DNA of 64,000 bases from Bacteroidales bacterium (GTDB lineage: Bacteria; Bacteroidota; Bacteroidia; Bacteroidales; GWF2-38-335), in contig JAFGXD010000172.1 of the NCBI GenBank assembly GCA_016936815.1, forward strand, positions 2,961 through 66,960, written 5' to 3'. Positions 30,872 to 39,854 of this stretch are shown piece by piece. A model generated the notes under the pieces. It made no database searches, was not told where the DNA came from, and saw only the letters and a list, made by a program, of their open reading frames with translations. Position numbers and translations under genes: made by a program. Each line of letters opens with the position of its first letter. Position 1 is the first letter of the stretch.

Positions 30872-31180
30872 TTAATCGAATAATAAATTGTAATATCTTT
30901 CAATGGATTCCTGTAATTCTTTAACAGAGAAAGATCGTGTTTTTCGAATTACTTCCTTCTTTTCAAAAAAAACCAAAACAACGGGAACAGTAAAAACACC
31001 ATAATTTGCAGCAAGTTCGGGAAAATCTTTAATATCTATGTAATGAAAATTCAATTTTGGAAATAACCCCGAAATCATCTCTTCCACTTTTGGTTTAAGC
31101 ACAGTGCAAACGCTACAGGAATCGTGGGAAAAATAAAGCAAATAATTTTCTCCGAACTCTTTAAGTAAATCGGCAGACAT
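30872..31180 (-). CDS. thioredoxin-family protein (CxxC = CSVC)
   Basis: 102 aa. YFSHDSCSVCTVLKP followed by FTVPVVLVF is consistent with a thioredoxin fold. Its start overlaps the ispF stop by 1 nt (TAATG). Confidence 0.7.
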   Translation of the reverse strand: MSADLLKEFGENYLLYFSHDSCSVCTVLKPKVEEMISGLFPKLNFHYIDIKDFPELAANYGVFTVPVVLVFFEKKEVIRKTRSFSVKELQESIERYYNLLFD

Positions 31181-31659
31181 TATTTCAAATTTATTAGAAC
31201 AACAACATGTACAGCTACACCCCTCTCCTCTCCAACAAAACCTAACTTCTCTCCGGTTGTAGCTTTAATTGAAATAGAATCCAAATCAACTTCAATAGCC
31301 TCTGCCAAATATTTTTGCATTAATGGAATAAAATCTTTCAATTTGGGCTTTTCCATACAAATTGTTGCATCCATGTTTCCAAAAGAATAGCCTTTTTCTC
31401 CAATTAATCTAATGGTTTCTTTAAGAAAATGTACAGATTCTCTGTTTTTAAATTTTGAATCAGTATCAGGAAAATGAAAACCAATATCCCTGAGATTTGC
31501 TGCCCCCAAAAGAGCATCACAGAGAGCGTGAATTAAGACATCGCCATCGGAATGAGCAACCGTTCCATTATAATGTGGAATTTCAACTCCCCCAAGAATA
31601 AGTGATTCTCCGGGTTCTAATCTATGAAGATCGTATCCAAATCCAACTCTAATTGACAT
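31180..31659 (-). CDS. ispF: 2-C-methyl-D-erythritol 2,4-cyclodiphosphate synthase IspF
   Basis: The ATG at 31659 gives MSIRVGFGYDLHRLEPGESLILGGVEIPH...AHSDGDVLIHALCDALLGA (the track GTG start at 31671 is less likely). It overlaps the porV 3' end by 11 nt. Confidence 0.93.
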   Translation of the reverse strand: MSIRVGFGYDLHRLEPGESLILGGVEIPHYNGTVAHSDGDVLIHALCDALLGAANLRDIGFHFPDTDSKFKNRESVHFLKETIRLIGEKGYSFGNMDATICMEKPKLKDFIPLMQKYLAEAIEVDLDSISIKATTGEKLGFVGEERGVAVHVVVLINLK

Positions 31660-32872
31660 TAGCCTCTTCACGTAAACCGTCGAAATTGAATATTAAACTA
31701 AATCTCAATGTGTTAGCAAGAGGGTTGTTTTGTTTTTGTGGAATAAGATATGCGAAATCTAAACCAAAAACCTTAAGTCTCAAACCTAAACCAAGTGAAA
31801 AATATTTCCTATTTCCTTTGGTTTCGTGTTCGTAAAAGTATCCGCCTCTAATTGCAAACTGCTTGTCGTACCAATATTCAAGGCCTAAACCATAAGTAAA
31901 CTCTCTAATTTCTTCCTTAAAAACACTGCGAGTGCTATCCGACATAAGAACACCCGGGGCATCGTTAAAAGAACGAAACATACCAACCGGTACCGACACA
32001 TTTGGGTCTTTTCCAAAAAGAATATTTTCAGGCAATCTTCCTTCCCCATCATATTCAGGTGGAGTTGGAACAAGAAGTTTATTGATATCGAAAGCTACTG
32101 TAAGTTGGTTATACTCATCTAACTCGGTTTCCAACGCTGATCCAAGTCTAAGATTTATTGGAATAAAATCTCTTTCCTGATTTTCGGTATATGAAATCTT
32201 CTGACCAATATTTGAGATGTTTAATCCAAAAGCCAAATTACCATCCCTATCTCCCATACGTATTTCTCTAGTATAAAAAGTTGAAACATCAGCAGAAACA
32301 GATTGACCTGGATACGATTCTATTCCCTGAACAAACTGACCACCCGTTAGATTGCTATATATGTACCTCATGGAAATACTACCAGATAAATAATCGCTGA
32401 ATTTTCGTGCATATGAACCATCGATAGAAAACTCATTTGGTTTAAACTGACCAATTGTGCTTCCATTGTTATCAGTAAAAGTAATATCTCCCAATGAAAA
32501 ATAAAGCAAAGAGAAACCAATAACCTGATTTTTATCCATACGCTTGTAACCCGAAACATAGGCTAAATTAATATCATTTACCAATTGCCTTAACCAAGGA
32601 GTGTAAGAAATAGAAAGACTCATATCAGATTCTACAAAAGCATATTTTGCAGGATTCCAATGAGAAGAAGAAGCGTCGGGACTAGTTGCAACACCAACAT
32701 CGCCCATAGCACCGGCTCTGGAGTCAGGCGCAATCATTAAAAATGGGACGGCAGTTGTAATGGTGTTAACATCTCCCGTAAAAAGCTCCCCTGCATTAAG
32801 ACTGCTATTCTGCGCAAAAGATTGGAAGACTATCGTTAGTGTCAAAATTGACAAAGCAAGAATTCTATTCAT
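31649..32872 (-). CDS. porV: type IX secretion system outer-membrane shuttle protein PorV (LptO)
   Basis: 407 aa with a signal peptide. The conserved N-terminal block TAVPFLMIAPDSRAGAMGDVGVATSPDASSSHWNPAKYAF and the FadL-like barrel pattern are present. Lies immediately downstream of porU, as in other Bacteroidota. Confidence 0.85.
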   Translation of the reverse strand: MNRILALSILTLTIVFQSFAQNSSLNAGELFTGDVNTITTAVPFLMIAPDSRAGAMGDVGVATSPDASSSHWNPAKYAFVESDMSLSISYTPWLRQLVNDINLAYVSGYKRMDKNQVIGFSLLYFSLGDITFTDNNGSTIGQFKPNEFSIDGSYARKFSDYLSGSISMRYIYSNLTGGQFVQGIESYPGQSVSADVSTFYTREIRMGDRDGNLAFGLNISNIGQKISYTENQERDFIPINLRLGSALETELDEYNQLTVAFDINKLLVPTPPEYDGEGRLPENILFGKDPNVSVPVGMFRSFNDAPGVLMSDSTRSVFKEEIREFTYGLGLEYWYDKQFAIRGGYFYEHETKGNRKYFSLGLGLRLKVFGLDFAYLIPQKQNNPLANTLRFSLIFNFDGLREEANVN

Positions 32873-32894
32873 GTAAAATAACTTTAATAAAGGA

Positions 32895-32902
32895 CAAATA
32901 TA
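32895..32902 (-). promoter_or_regulatory. candidate -7 promoter box (TATATTTG) for porV
   Basis: Exact TAnnTTTG on the minus strand, 22 nt upstream of the porV ATG (32872), within the 144-bp porU-porV spacer. Confidence 0.35.
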
Positions 32903-33016
32903 ATAATATATAAACTCTCATAAAAGAAATTTATTACTTAGGGAAAATAAAATTTAAGCAAAAACACAAAAATCTTCTAAAAAATTCATTTTTCAAATAA
33001 ACTGAGCAAAAAGATT

Positions 33017-36000
33017 CTAGTTCAAAATCACCAATTTTTCAAATTTGTCTACCACCTTACCTTCTTCATTTCTCACTTTTATTCTGTAGATATAAACACC
33101 TCGTCCAATTGGGTCTCCATAGTCATCTCTTCCATCCCAATTAATAGGCTGACTGCGGTAACCATCGCTGAAAACTTGTGTATCAAGCGTTTTTACTAAT
33201 TTTCCTGAAACTGTAAACACCTGAATAATAACATCTAAAGTAGCATTGGGCTGATTGTGGTCGAAATAAAAATCTGTATTTGTTGTAAAAGGATTAGGAT
33301 AATTAAAAACATGTTCTAAAACCAATTGAGCCGATTTGGCAACAATGAACTCAATATAATCTTCTGAGCTATTATTATTTACATCCCAAACCTTGAACTT
33401 AATTTTATGATGTCCTTCAGAAAGATTTGACAAATTGTAATCTACTTTACCACTTTGGTAACTATCTAAATCAGCTTCATAGTATTCATTTAAAATATAT
33501 GTCTGAAATGTATTATCATCTAAAACCGCAGTAATATCATGCCCAATGCCATTTCCCACAGTATTAATACCACTAGAATCTGCAACATAAGCGATGAGTT
33601 TTGGGTTTTCATCAGTCATTCCTCCAAAAACAAAATCCTCATTATTTAAATACAGTTCAATTTCAGGGCCCTCATCATCATTGAGTGGTATTTCGGACGA
33701 ACCTCCAATTATTACATTTCTATTATGCCCATGAGCATCGGTTTGACCAATAGTTGCATAATATGAAATCTTTCCAAACCCTAAATTATATGTTATATCC
33801 TTAGGAACAATAAAAGAAAACTCGAAATCACCGTTATTAATACTTGCTTTTCCTTTATAAAGAATGCTATTTTGTAGTAAAAATGAAAAAATTGAATAGG
33901 TATCATTACCAAGGGAGTTTACTTGCTGAGCTTTATCGAAAACAGTTGTATACAAAATCCCATTCTTTATTATTTTATTTCCATTTTCATCCTGAACTTG
34001 TCCCGATATTTTAACTAAACTAAGTGCTCTCATTGTATCAGGAACTTCTGAAATACTAATATCATTTATTTTTAACGTAACCACCTCTTCCTTAGGTATT
34101 GCCAGTTTTAAAGCGGGATCACCAAGCAGGGAAAAATTTCGTTTGTTAATACTACTTCCCGTATTTGCTTTTGCAAGTCTAATTAAATCGCCAAGACACC
34201 TTTCATCACCATTTTCATCCTTAGTAAAAACAAAATCGTAAAAATAATTATTGAAGATAAAATTTGGAGACGAATAAACCAATCTTGTTGTGGTTATTAG
34301 ACCAATACCCCCTCCTTTTGGATTTAAAAGTACATATTCACCTCCAGAAGTTCTCTCATAATCGTCGTAACGGCTAAACTCACAAGTTGCAGTAAGAAAA
34401 AGAGGAAGTTTATTAAAATTAGTCCAATTGTTTATGTCGCTTATCGAGAGTATTTGCTCATGCGCCCAACCAACCTCATTTCCATGACCTGTATAATTCA
34501 TAATTAGAGCACCTTTTTGCATTTGGTTTTCAATAGCCAAATTAACATCAGGATACCTATCTCCCACAGGAGTCGATACCTGCTCGTAAGAATCAAGATA
34601 AATTTTATTCACATTATAAACCTGATATGTAGTGTCAACTTTTGTAGCCATTTGATTTGCCTGGGACATGTGTGCATTACTATCTTCATCGTCTCCAATA
34701 AAACAAACAGTATTTCTCCAATCTCCAAAAGTCTCAGGGTTTGTCATGTAATTGGATATCTTATTTACTACTGCTGAAGCTTCATCACCGGTTTTAACAG
34801 GCAAACGACCAATACCAATATCTAAAATACCCTCATGTCCACCCTCTAAATAATCCAGCAAACCAAAAAAATCATCAGTAACAAAAGATTCGGTGACTCT
34901 TAAAGATTGAGGAGACTGATAAGTGATGATAAAGTTAGTGTTTTCAGATGAGTTAGTTCTGTTATCAAAAGAACCATCCCCAAAAAGTAATAAATATTTA
35001 AGCATATTATCATCTGTAGTTCCTTTATCGTAAACCATTCTAACAAAATCCCTAATAGCAGTCACATCAGGCGTTCCTGAAGAAAACTCATTGTATATTT
35101 CCTCGGGTTGAACAACAATAACATTCATATTATCCAGTGTTTCATGCAAATTAGCGAGTTGATTTGCCTGTGAAACAAAATTAGGGTGAGTAACAATAAC
35201 AAGATCAACATCAGAAATTCCATGAAGATTTTGGTTAGCAACAACCTGAGGGTTCGAAACGGAATAGAAGGAGCTTCCTGTAAAAGCAATAAATTGCCGT
35301 AATGTATCGGTTGGACAAACAAAAGAAAGAACACCTGACGAGTAATTTGTTACCATCTCAACAACATTATAAGGATCTGTTATGTCCCATACTCTTGTTC
35401 CTGAACTAGCATTTGAAATTCTGAATTCCGAAATATTTCCCTCGCCAACACTTCCTACCCATCTAAAATGCATTTGACTACCATTCATTTTCAGATTTCT
35501 TACCACATTGCAAGTAATATAATTCAACCAACCCTCAGATGAACTATTGTATTTATTGTATTTAATTGTCACATCCAGATTAGAACCATTAGGAGTAAAT
35601 GAGAATAAATCATTACTATCCGAAGTAACGTTTGCATAAGGGGCTGTCGTACTTCCAGTTGTATATAAAACTGTTAGATTCTTAACAAAGTCTGAATTGA
35701 CAGTAATATCGAAACTACTTGTTGATGAACTTCTTGCAACTAACTTTGTTTTCAAATAGGCCGGATAAGAATAATCAATATCAGGAAACGAAAAATTAAA
35801 ATTATGAGTAAGGTTTAAATCGAAATGTCTCCAAAACCATGTTGAACCCGACTTAATAAGATTAAGAGAGTCTTTTTCCTGGAAAGCATAATCATTAAAT
35901 TTTGTAATAACTTGATTAGGACTTAATAAGGAATAATCTTCAACCTGAATATTTTTTGCAGGAGAAGTTCCTGAAGTAACAAAATAGTAAGAATAATCTG

Positions 36001-36811
36001 AAAACAAATGAAAAGTATGTTTAAAAACATTATCAGTTTCATCAAAATTCCATTTATGAGGACCTGTTGCATAAAAAAGTATATAATCCCCGGAATTAAA
36101 AACACCATCTGCACCTTTATTTATTAGAATAGCATTTTCTACAAGATCATCGGGACGATTTGTGGAATTAGCAATTGGAAGAAGCCCTCCTCCATTACCA
36201 AAAATTCTAATTTCCAAAGGATTAGTAATTCCCATTGCAAGTATTTCTGAATAAGTCAGTTTATATACACCATCGGCTTGAACCCTCATTTTTATCCATT
36301 TTCCTGAAGCCAAAACCGATGTAGATTTATGATTTTTTGTCTTCACCAAATTTTTATCATTTTTTGTCCACTGAATTTCTAAAGAAAAAGATAGAAGTTT
36401 TTCTAATTCACTACTTGCCTCTAATTTCCTGATTGGCAGAATATAAATTTCCAGAAATGGAACTTTTCTATCATAAACAATCTGATAGTCTACAACAAAT
36501 TCAGAAGAAATTTTATCTAATGAGGCAACCTTATTAACATCAGAAGCATTTATAGTTTCAAACCTAATATTATTAAGGTTTACGGAAGAAGGAAGATGTT
36601 GATTAGAAGGCAGAAGTATTTTTTCATAAAAATATGGAATGAAATCGTTACCGGGAAAAACAGCATTTTCAAAAAACAAAAGTTCTTTATTTTCCTGAAA
36701 ATTTTTAATTGAATACTTTGGATTCCAGTTTATTGATTTTTCTATCAAAGTCTGACCTAATCCAACATAAACCGTTAAAAATATGATACTTAATAATGCA
36801 ATAGATTTCAT
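33017..36811 (-). CDS. porU: type IX secretion system sortase PorU (C25-like peptidase)
   Basis: 1264 aa with a signal peptide, a gingipain/C25-like central region (NYTGHGNEVGWAHE..., LFLTATCEFSRYDD) and a C-terminal T9SS-type beta-sandwich tail (NYPNPFTTNTDFYF...GVYIYRIKV...). Adjacent to porV. Confidence 0.85.
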   Translation of the reverse strand: MKSIALLSIIFLTVYVGLGQTLIEKSINWNPKYSIKNFQENKELLFFENAVFPGNDFIPYFYEKILLPSNQHLPSSVNLNNIRFETINASDVNKVASLDKISSEFVVDYQIVYDRKVPFLEIYILPIRKLEASSELEKLLSFSLEIQWTKNDKNLVKTKNHKSTSVLASGKWIKMRVQADGVYKLTYSEILAMGITNPLEIRIFGNGGGLLPIANSTNRPDDLVENAILINKGADGVFNSGDYILFYATGPHKWNFDETDNVFKHTFHLFSDYSYYFVTSGTSPAKNIQVEDYSLLSPNQVITKFNDYAFQEKDSLNLIKSGSTWFWRHFDLNLTHNFNFSFPDIDYSYPAYLKTKLVARSSSTSSFDITVNSDFVKNLTVLYTTGSTTAPYANVTSDSNDLFSFTPNGSNLDVTIKYNKYNSSSEGWLNYITCNVVRNLKMNGSQMHFRWVGSVGEGNISEFRISNASSGTRVWDITDPYNVVEMVTNYSSGVLSFVCPTDTLRQFIAFTGSSFYSVSNPQVVANQNLHGISDVDLVIVTHPNFVSQANQLANLHETLDNMNVIVVQPEEIYNEFSSGTPDVTAIRDFVRMVYDKGTTDDNMLKYLLLFGDGSFDNRTNSSENTNFIITYQSPQSLRVTESFVTDDFFGLLDYLEGGHEGILDIGIGRLPVKTGDEASAVVNKISNYMTNPETFGDWRNTVCFIGDDEDSNAHMSQANQMATKVDTTYQVYNVNKIYLDSYEQVSTPVGDRYPDVNLAIENQMQKGALIMNYTGHGNEVGWAHEQILSISDINNWTNFNKLPLFLTATCEFSRYDDYERTSGGEYVLLNPKGGGIGLITTTRLVYSSPNFIFNNYFYDFVFTKDENGDERCLGDLIRLAKANTGSSINKRNFSLLGDPALKLAIPKEEVVTLKINDISISEVPDTMRALSLVKISGQVQDENGNKIIKNGILYTTVFDKAQQVNSLGNDTYSIFSFLLQNSILYKGKASINNGDFEFSFIVPKDITYNLGFGKISYYATIGQTDAHGHNRNVIIGGSSEIPLNDDEGPEIELYLNNEDFVFGGMTDENPKLIAYVADSSGINTVGNGIGHDITAVLDDNTFQTYILNEYYEADLDSYQSGKVDYNLSNLSEGHHKIKFKVWDVNNNSSEDYIEFIVAKSAQLVLEHVFNYPNPFTTNTDFYFDHNQPNATLDVIIQVFTVSGKLVKTLDTQVFSDGYRSQPINWDGRDDYGDPIGRGVYIYRIKVRNEEGKVVDKFEKLVILN

Positions 36812-37010
36812 TAATTTGATTTTTTAGATAATGCCAAAACAAAAAAAATCGGAAAATATTGTGTAAAGTTACAATAAATCCTACCAAAAATGTGAAAAAA
36901 GAATATATTTGCAAAGTAATAAAAGGTAATAATTATATGTTTAAGTTATTAGGTTGTAAAAAAAAATTTGTATAATTGCATTTTAGTAGGATACACATAT
37001 ATATGATAAA

Positions 37011-38000
37011 ATGATAAAACGTTTTATATTATTGATGATTGTTACGATTTTGGGAGCCACGCAAATAACCAATGCGCAGGATCCGGAATTCACACAATTT
37101 TATGCGAACAAACTCTATCTGAATCCGGCTTTTGCAGGATCTCAGCGTTGTCCACGCATCTCTGTTAATTACAGAAATCAATGGCCAGCCTTAGGCTCCA
37201 CGTATGTAACTTACAATGCCAGTTACGATCAGTTCGTTAGGCCATTGGAAGGTGGTTTAGGTCTTTTGCTAATGAATGATGTGCAAGGTGATGGAGCCAT
37301 TTCCACTAGCACAATTAGTGGAATGTATTCATACGCTCTGCGTGCAAATCGTTTTTTTACGGTAAGAATGGGATTTCAGGCAAGTTACTACCAGAAAAAA
37401 CTAAACTGGGATTTTGTTTTTCCTGATATGTTACACCCCCTTTACGGACCTATTTATCAAACTAATGAAGTTCCTCCACCGGATTTATCCAGAAGTTTTT
37501 TCGATTTTTCAGCAGGAATTGTTGGTTTTAACCGCGATTATTTCTTCGGTTTGGCAGTTCATCACCTTACTGAACCTTTAGAATCTTTTTACGGAAAAGA
37601 CAAATCTGAATCTGTATTGCCTAGAAAATACACCGTGCATTTCGGAACAAAAATTCCACTACCCAGTAGAAGATTTAAGAGGGGTGAATTATCACTATCT
37701 CCACAGTTTATTTTTCAACAGCAGCAAGATTTCCAACAAGTTAACTATGGTTTATACCTAAATAGAAATACCATTGTTGCAGGTATGTGGGTAAGACAAA
37801 ACTTTGGTTTCCATTACGATTCATTTATTATGCTGGTTGGATTTGTTCAAGACAAAATACAATTTGCATATAGTTATGACCTAACAATATCAAAATTGAA
37901 AAACCAAACTTTGGGTGCTCATGAGGTTTCATATCAAATGGAATTTTATTGCCAACCACAAAGAACCAAATTTAGGACAATATCTTGTCCATCATTTTAG
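37011..38000 (+). CDS. PorP/SprF-family type IX secretion system membrane protein
   Basis: 329 aa with a signal peptide followed by AQDPEFTQFYANKLYLNPAFAGS, the hallmark N-terminal motif of the PorP/SprF family. Beta-barrel-like remainder. Confidence 0.85.
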   Translation: MIKRFILLMIVTILGATQITNAQDPEFTQFYANKLYLNPAFAGSQRCPRISVNYRNQWPALGSTYVTYNASYDQFVRPLEGGLGLLLMNDVQGDGAISTSTISGMYSYALRANRFFTVRMGFQASYYQKKLNWDFVFPDMLHPLYGPIYQTNEVPPPDLSRSFFDFSAGIVGFNRDYFFGLAVHHLTEPLESFYGKDKSESVLPRKYTVHFGTKIPLPSRRFKRGELSLSPQFIFQQQQDFQQVNYGLYLNRNTIVAGMWVRQNFGFHYDSFIMLVGFVQDKIQFAYSYDLTISKLKNQTLGAHEVSYQMEFYCQPQRTKFRTISCPSF

Positions 38001-38030
38001 TTATAATAAAGAATACGAAAAAGTAATAAT

Positions 38031-39791
38031 ATGAAAAAATTAGTTTTCACTTCGTTGTCTGCCTTTGTTTTAATAGCTTTGATGCTAACATCTTGTAAGC
38101 AACAAACTTCCAACACAACCGGATGGAATTATAATGATCCGGATTACGGCGGATTTGAATATGTTGATTACTATGGTCAGGAAACCGGACCGGGACTTGT
38201 TCTGGTTGAAGGCGGTACTTTTTCCATGGGTCGTGTTGAACAAGACGTTTTGTACGATTGGAACAATATTCCAAGAAGGGTAACTGTTTCTTCTTTCTAC
38301 ATGGACGAAACAGAAGTTCGAAACGTTGACTACCGCGAATACTTGTATTGGTTAACCAGAGTTTTTATCGATTATCCTGAAGTGGAAAAACAAGCTCGTC
38401 CCGACACACTAGTTTGGAGAAGCAAACTTGCTTACAATGAGCCTTATGTAGAGCTTTACCTACGTCACCCTGCATATCAGGAATATCCTGTGGTTGGTGT
38501 AAGTTGGGTTCAGGCCGACCGTTACTGTGTTTGGAGAACAGACAGGGTTAACGAATGGATTCTAATTAGAGAAGGTCTATTATATAAAGACCCAAATCAG
38601 CAGGGAGAAGAAAACTTTAGTACAGAATCATATTTAGCCGGCCAGTACGATGGTGCTGTTAGAGGCCCCGGAATTGAAGACCTTGACCCCAATAACGACT
38701 TTAGAAAAGTTAGAATGGAAGATGGTGTGTTTCTACCAAGATACAGACTCCCAACTGAAGCTGAATGGGAATTTGCAGCACTTGCACTAATTGGAAACCA
38801 TATAGATGAAAGGGTTTTTCACAGAAGATTCTTCCCATGGAACGGGCACTACATAAGAAACGATGGAAGAAAAGAATTGGGTATGATTATGGCAAACGCT
38901 GTTAGAGGACGTGGCGACTATATGGGAACTGCAGGTTACCTAAACGATAATGCAGATGTTACAGCTCCTGTTGATGCCTATTGGCCAAACGATTATGGTT
39001 TATATTGCATGGCCGGTAACGTAAATGAATGGGTTATGGACGTTTACAGACCTCTTACTTTTGGAGACATGGACGAATTCAGACCATTTAGAGGAAATCA
39101 ATACAAGAGAAAAGTATTTAATTCTGACGGCTCTATAGCAGATAAAATTACTGATCCAATGTATAATCTGGATGATTTGCTTGCTTATGTAAATAATTTT
39201 CAAAAGAAAGCTGACCTAAATCCTGAGGAAACTCAAATGATGACAGATATTACTGCTCACCTCGATCAAGCTGTTATTAAGAGAGATGAACGCAAACTTG
39301 AAGAAATGCAAATTGAAATTAGGATGGCGGTTGAAATCCTTAAAGCAGCTCCGGCTGAAGCTCATTTGGCTCCAATACTGCTGGCTGAATTCTCCAAAGT
39401 TGGAGTTTCTATGCCGGGTCAGTTGAAATATCAGGATGTAACAGACGAAGAATGTTTCAACAGAAGGAACTACAATACTTCCGATAACATCAATTATCTT
39501 GACGGTGATTTCGAATCTAGTACCGTTTACGAAAAATCTGCCAAAAAAGCCGGTCATACCTCAACAGCTATGTATTGGCAGGGTGATAATGATCCAAATA
39601 TACAAAGAGGTGGAAAGGATATGAACTCACTAATTAACGATAGAACCAGAGTTTATAAAGGCGGTTCATGGAGAGATCGTATTTACTGGATGGTACCCGG
39701 AACAAGAAGATTCCTTGAAGAAACTCAGGCTCAAGCCGACCTAGGATTCCGTTGCGCAATGACTAGGGTTGGTAGCCCTGTTGGATTCTAG
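38031..39791 (+). CDS. gldJ: gliding motility lipoprotein GldJ (GldK/PorK paralogue, FGE-sulfatase fold)
   Basis: 586 aa with a lipobox (LMLTSCKQ). GPGLVLVEGGTFSMG...FYMDETEVRNVDYREYLYWL...RHPAYQEYPVVGVSWVQA...RLPTEAEWEFAA...YKGGSWRD matches the GldJ pattern as I recall it. It is larger than GldK because of a helical insertion. Confidence 0.85.
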   Translation: MKKLVFTSLSAFVLIALMLTSCKQQTSNTTGWNYNDPDYGGFEYVDYYGQETGPGLVLVEGGTFSMGRVEQDVLYDWNNIPRRVTVSSFYMDETEVRNVDYREYLYWLTRVFIDYPEVEKQARPDTLVWRSKLAYNEPYVELYLRHPAYQEYPVVGVSWVQADRYCVWRTDRVNEWILIREGLLYKDPNQQGEENFSTESYLAGQYDGAVRGPGIEDLDPNNDFRKVRMEDGVFLPRYRLPTEAEWEFAALALIGNHIDERVFHRRFFPWNGHYIRNDGRKELGMIMANAVRGRGDYMGTAGYLNDNADVTAPVDAYWPNDYGLYCMAGNVNEWVMDVYRPLTFGDMDEFRPFRGNQYKRKVFNSDGSIADKITDPMYNLDDLLAYVNNFQKKADLNPEETQMMTDITAHLDQAVIKRDERKLEEMQIEIRMAVEILKAAPAEAHLAPILLAEFSKVGVSMPGQLKYQDVTDEECFNRRNYNTSDNINYLDGDFESSTVYEKSAKKAGHTSTAMYWQGDNDPNIQRGGKDMNSLINDRTRVYKGGSWRDRIYWMVPGTRRFLEETQAQADLGFRCAMTRVGSPVGF

Positions 39792-39813
39792 AAAAAATAT
39801 TCAATAATAACAC

Positions 39814-39845
39814 AAACCCCATTTTTATAATGGGGTTTTTTATTA
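39814..39845 (+). terminator. rho-independent terminator after gldJ
   Basis: AAACCCCAT / ATGGGGTTT 9-bp stem with a 7-nt loop, followed by TTTTTATT. 22 nt after the gldJ stop. Confidence 0.7.
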
Positions 39846-39854
39846 CCAAAGATT

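Noticed and set aside
33017-33300. T9SS C-terminal sorting domain at the end of PorU, treated as evidence of a separate cargo gene
   Set aside because: The frame is continuous with the rest of PorU. PorU itself is known to carry a CTD-like domain.
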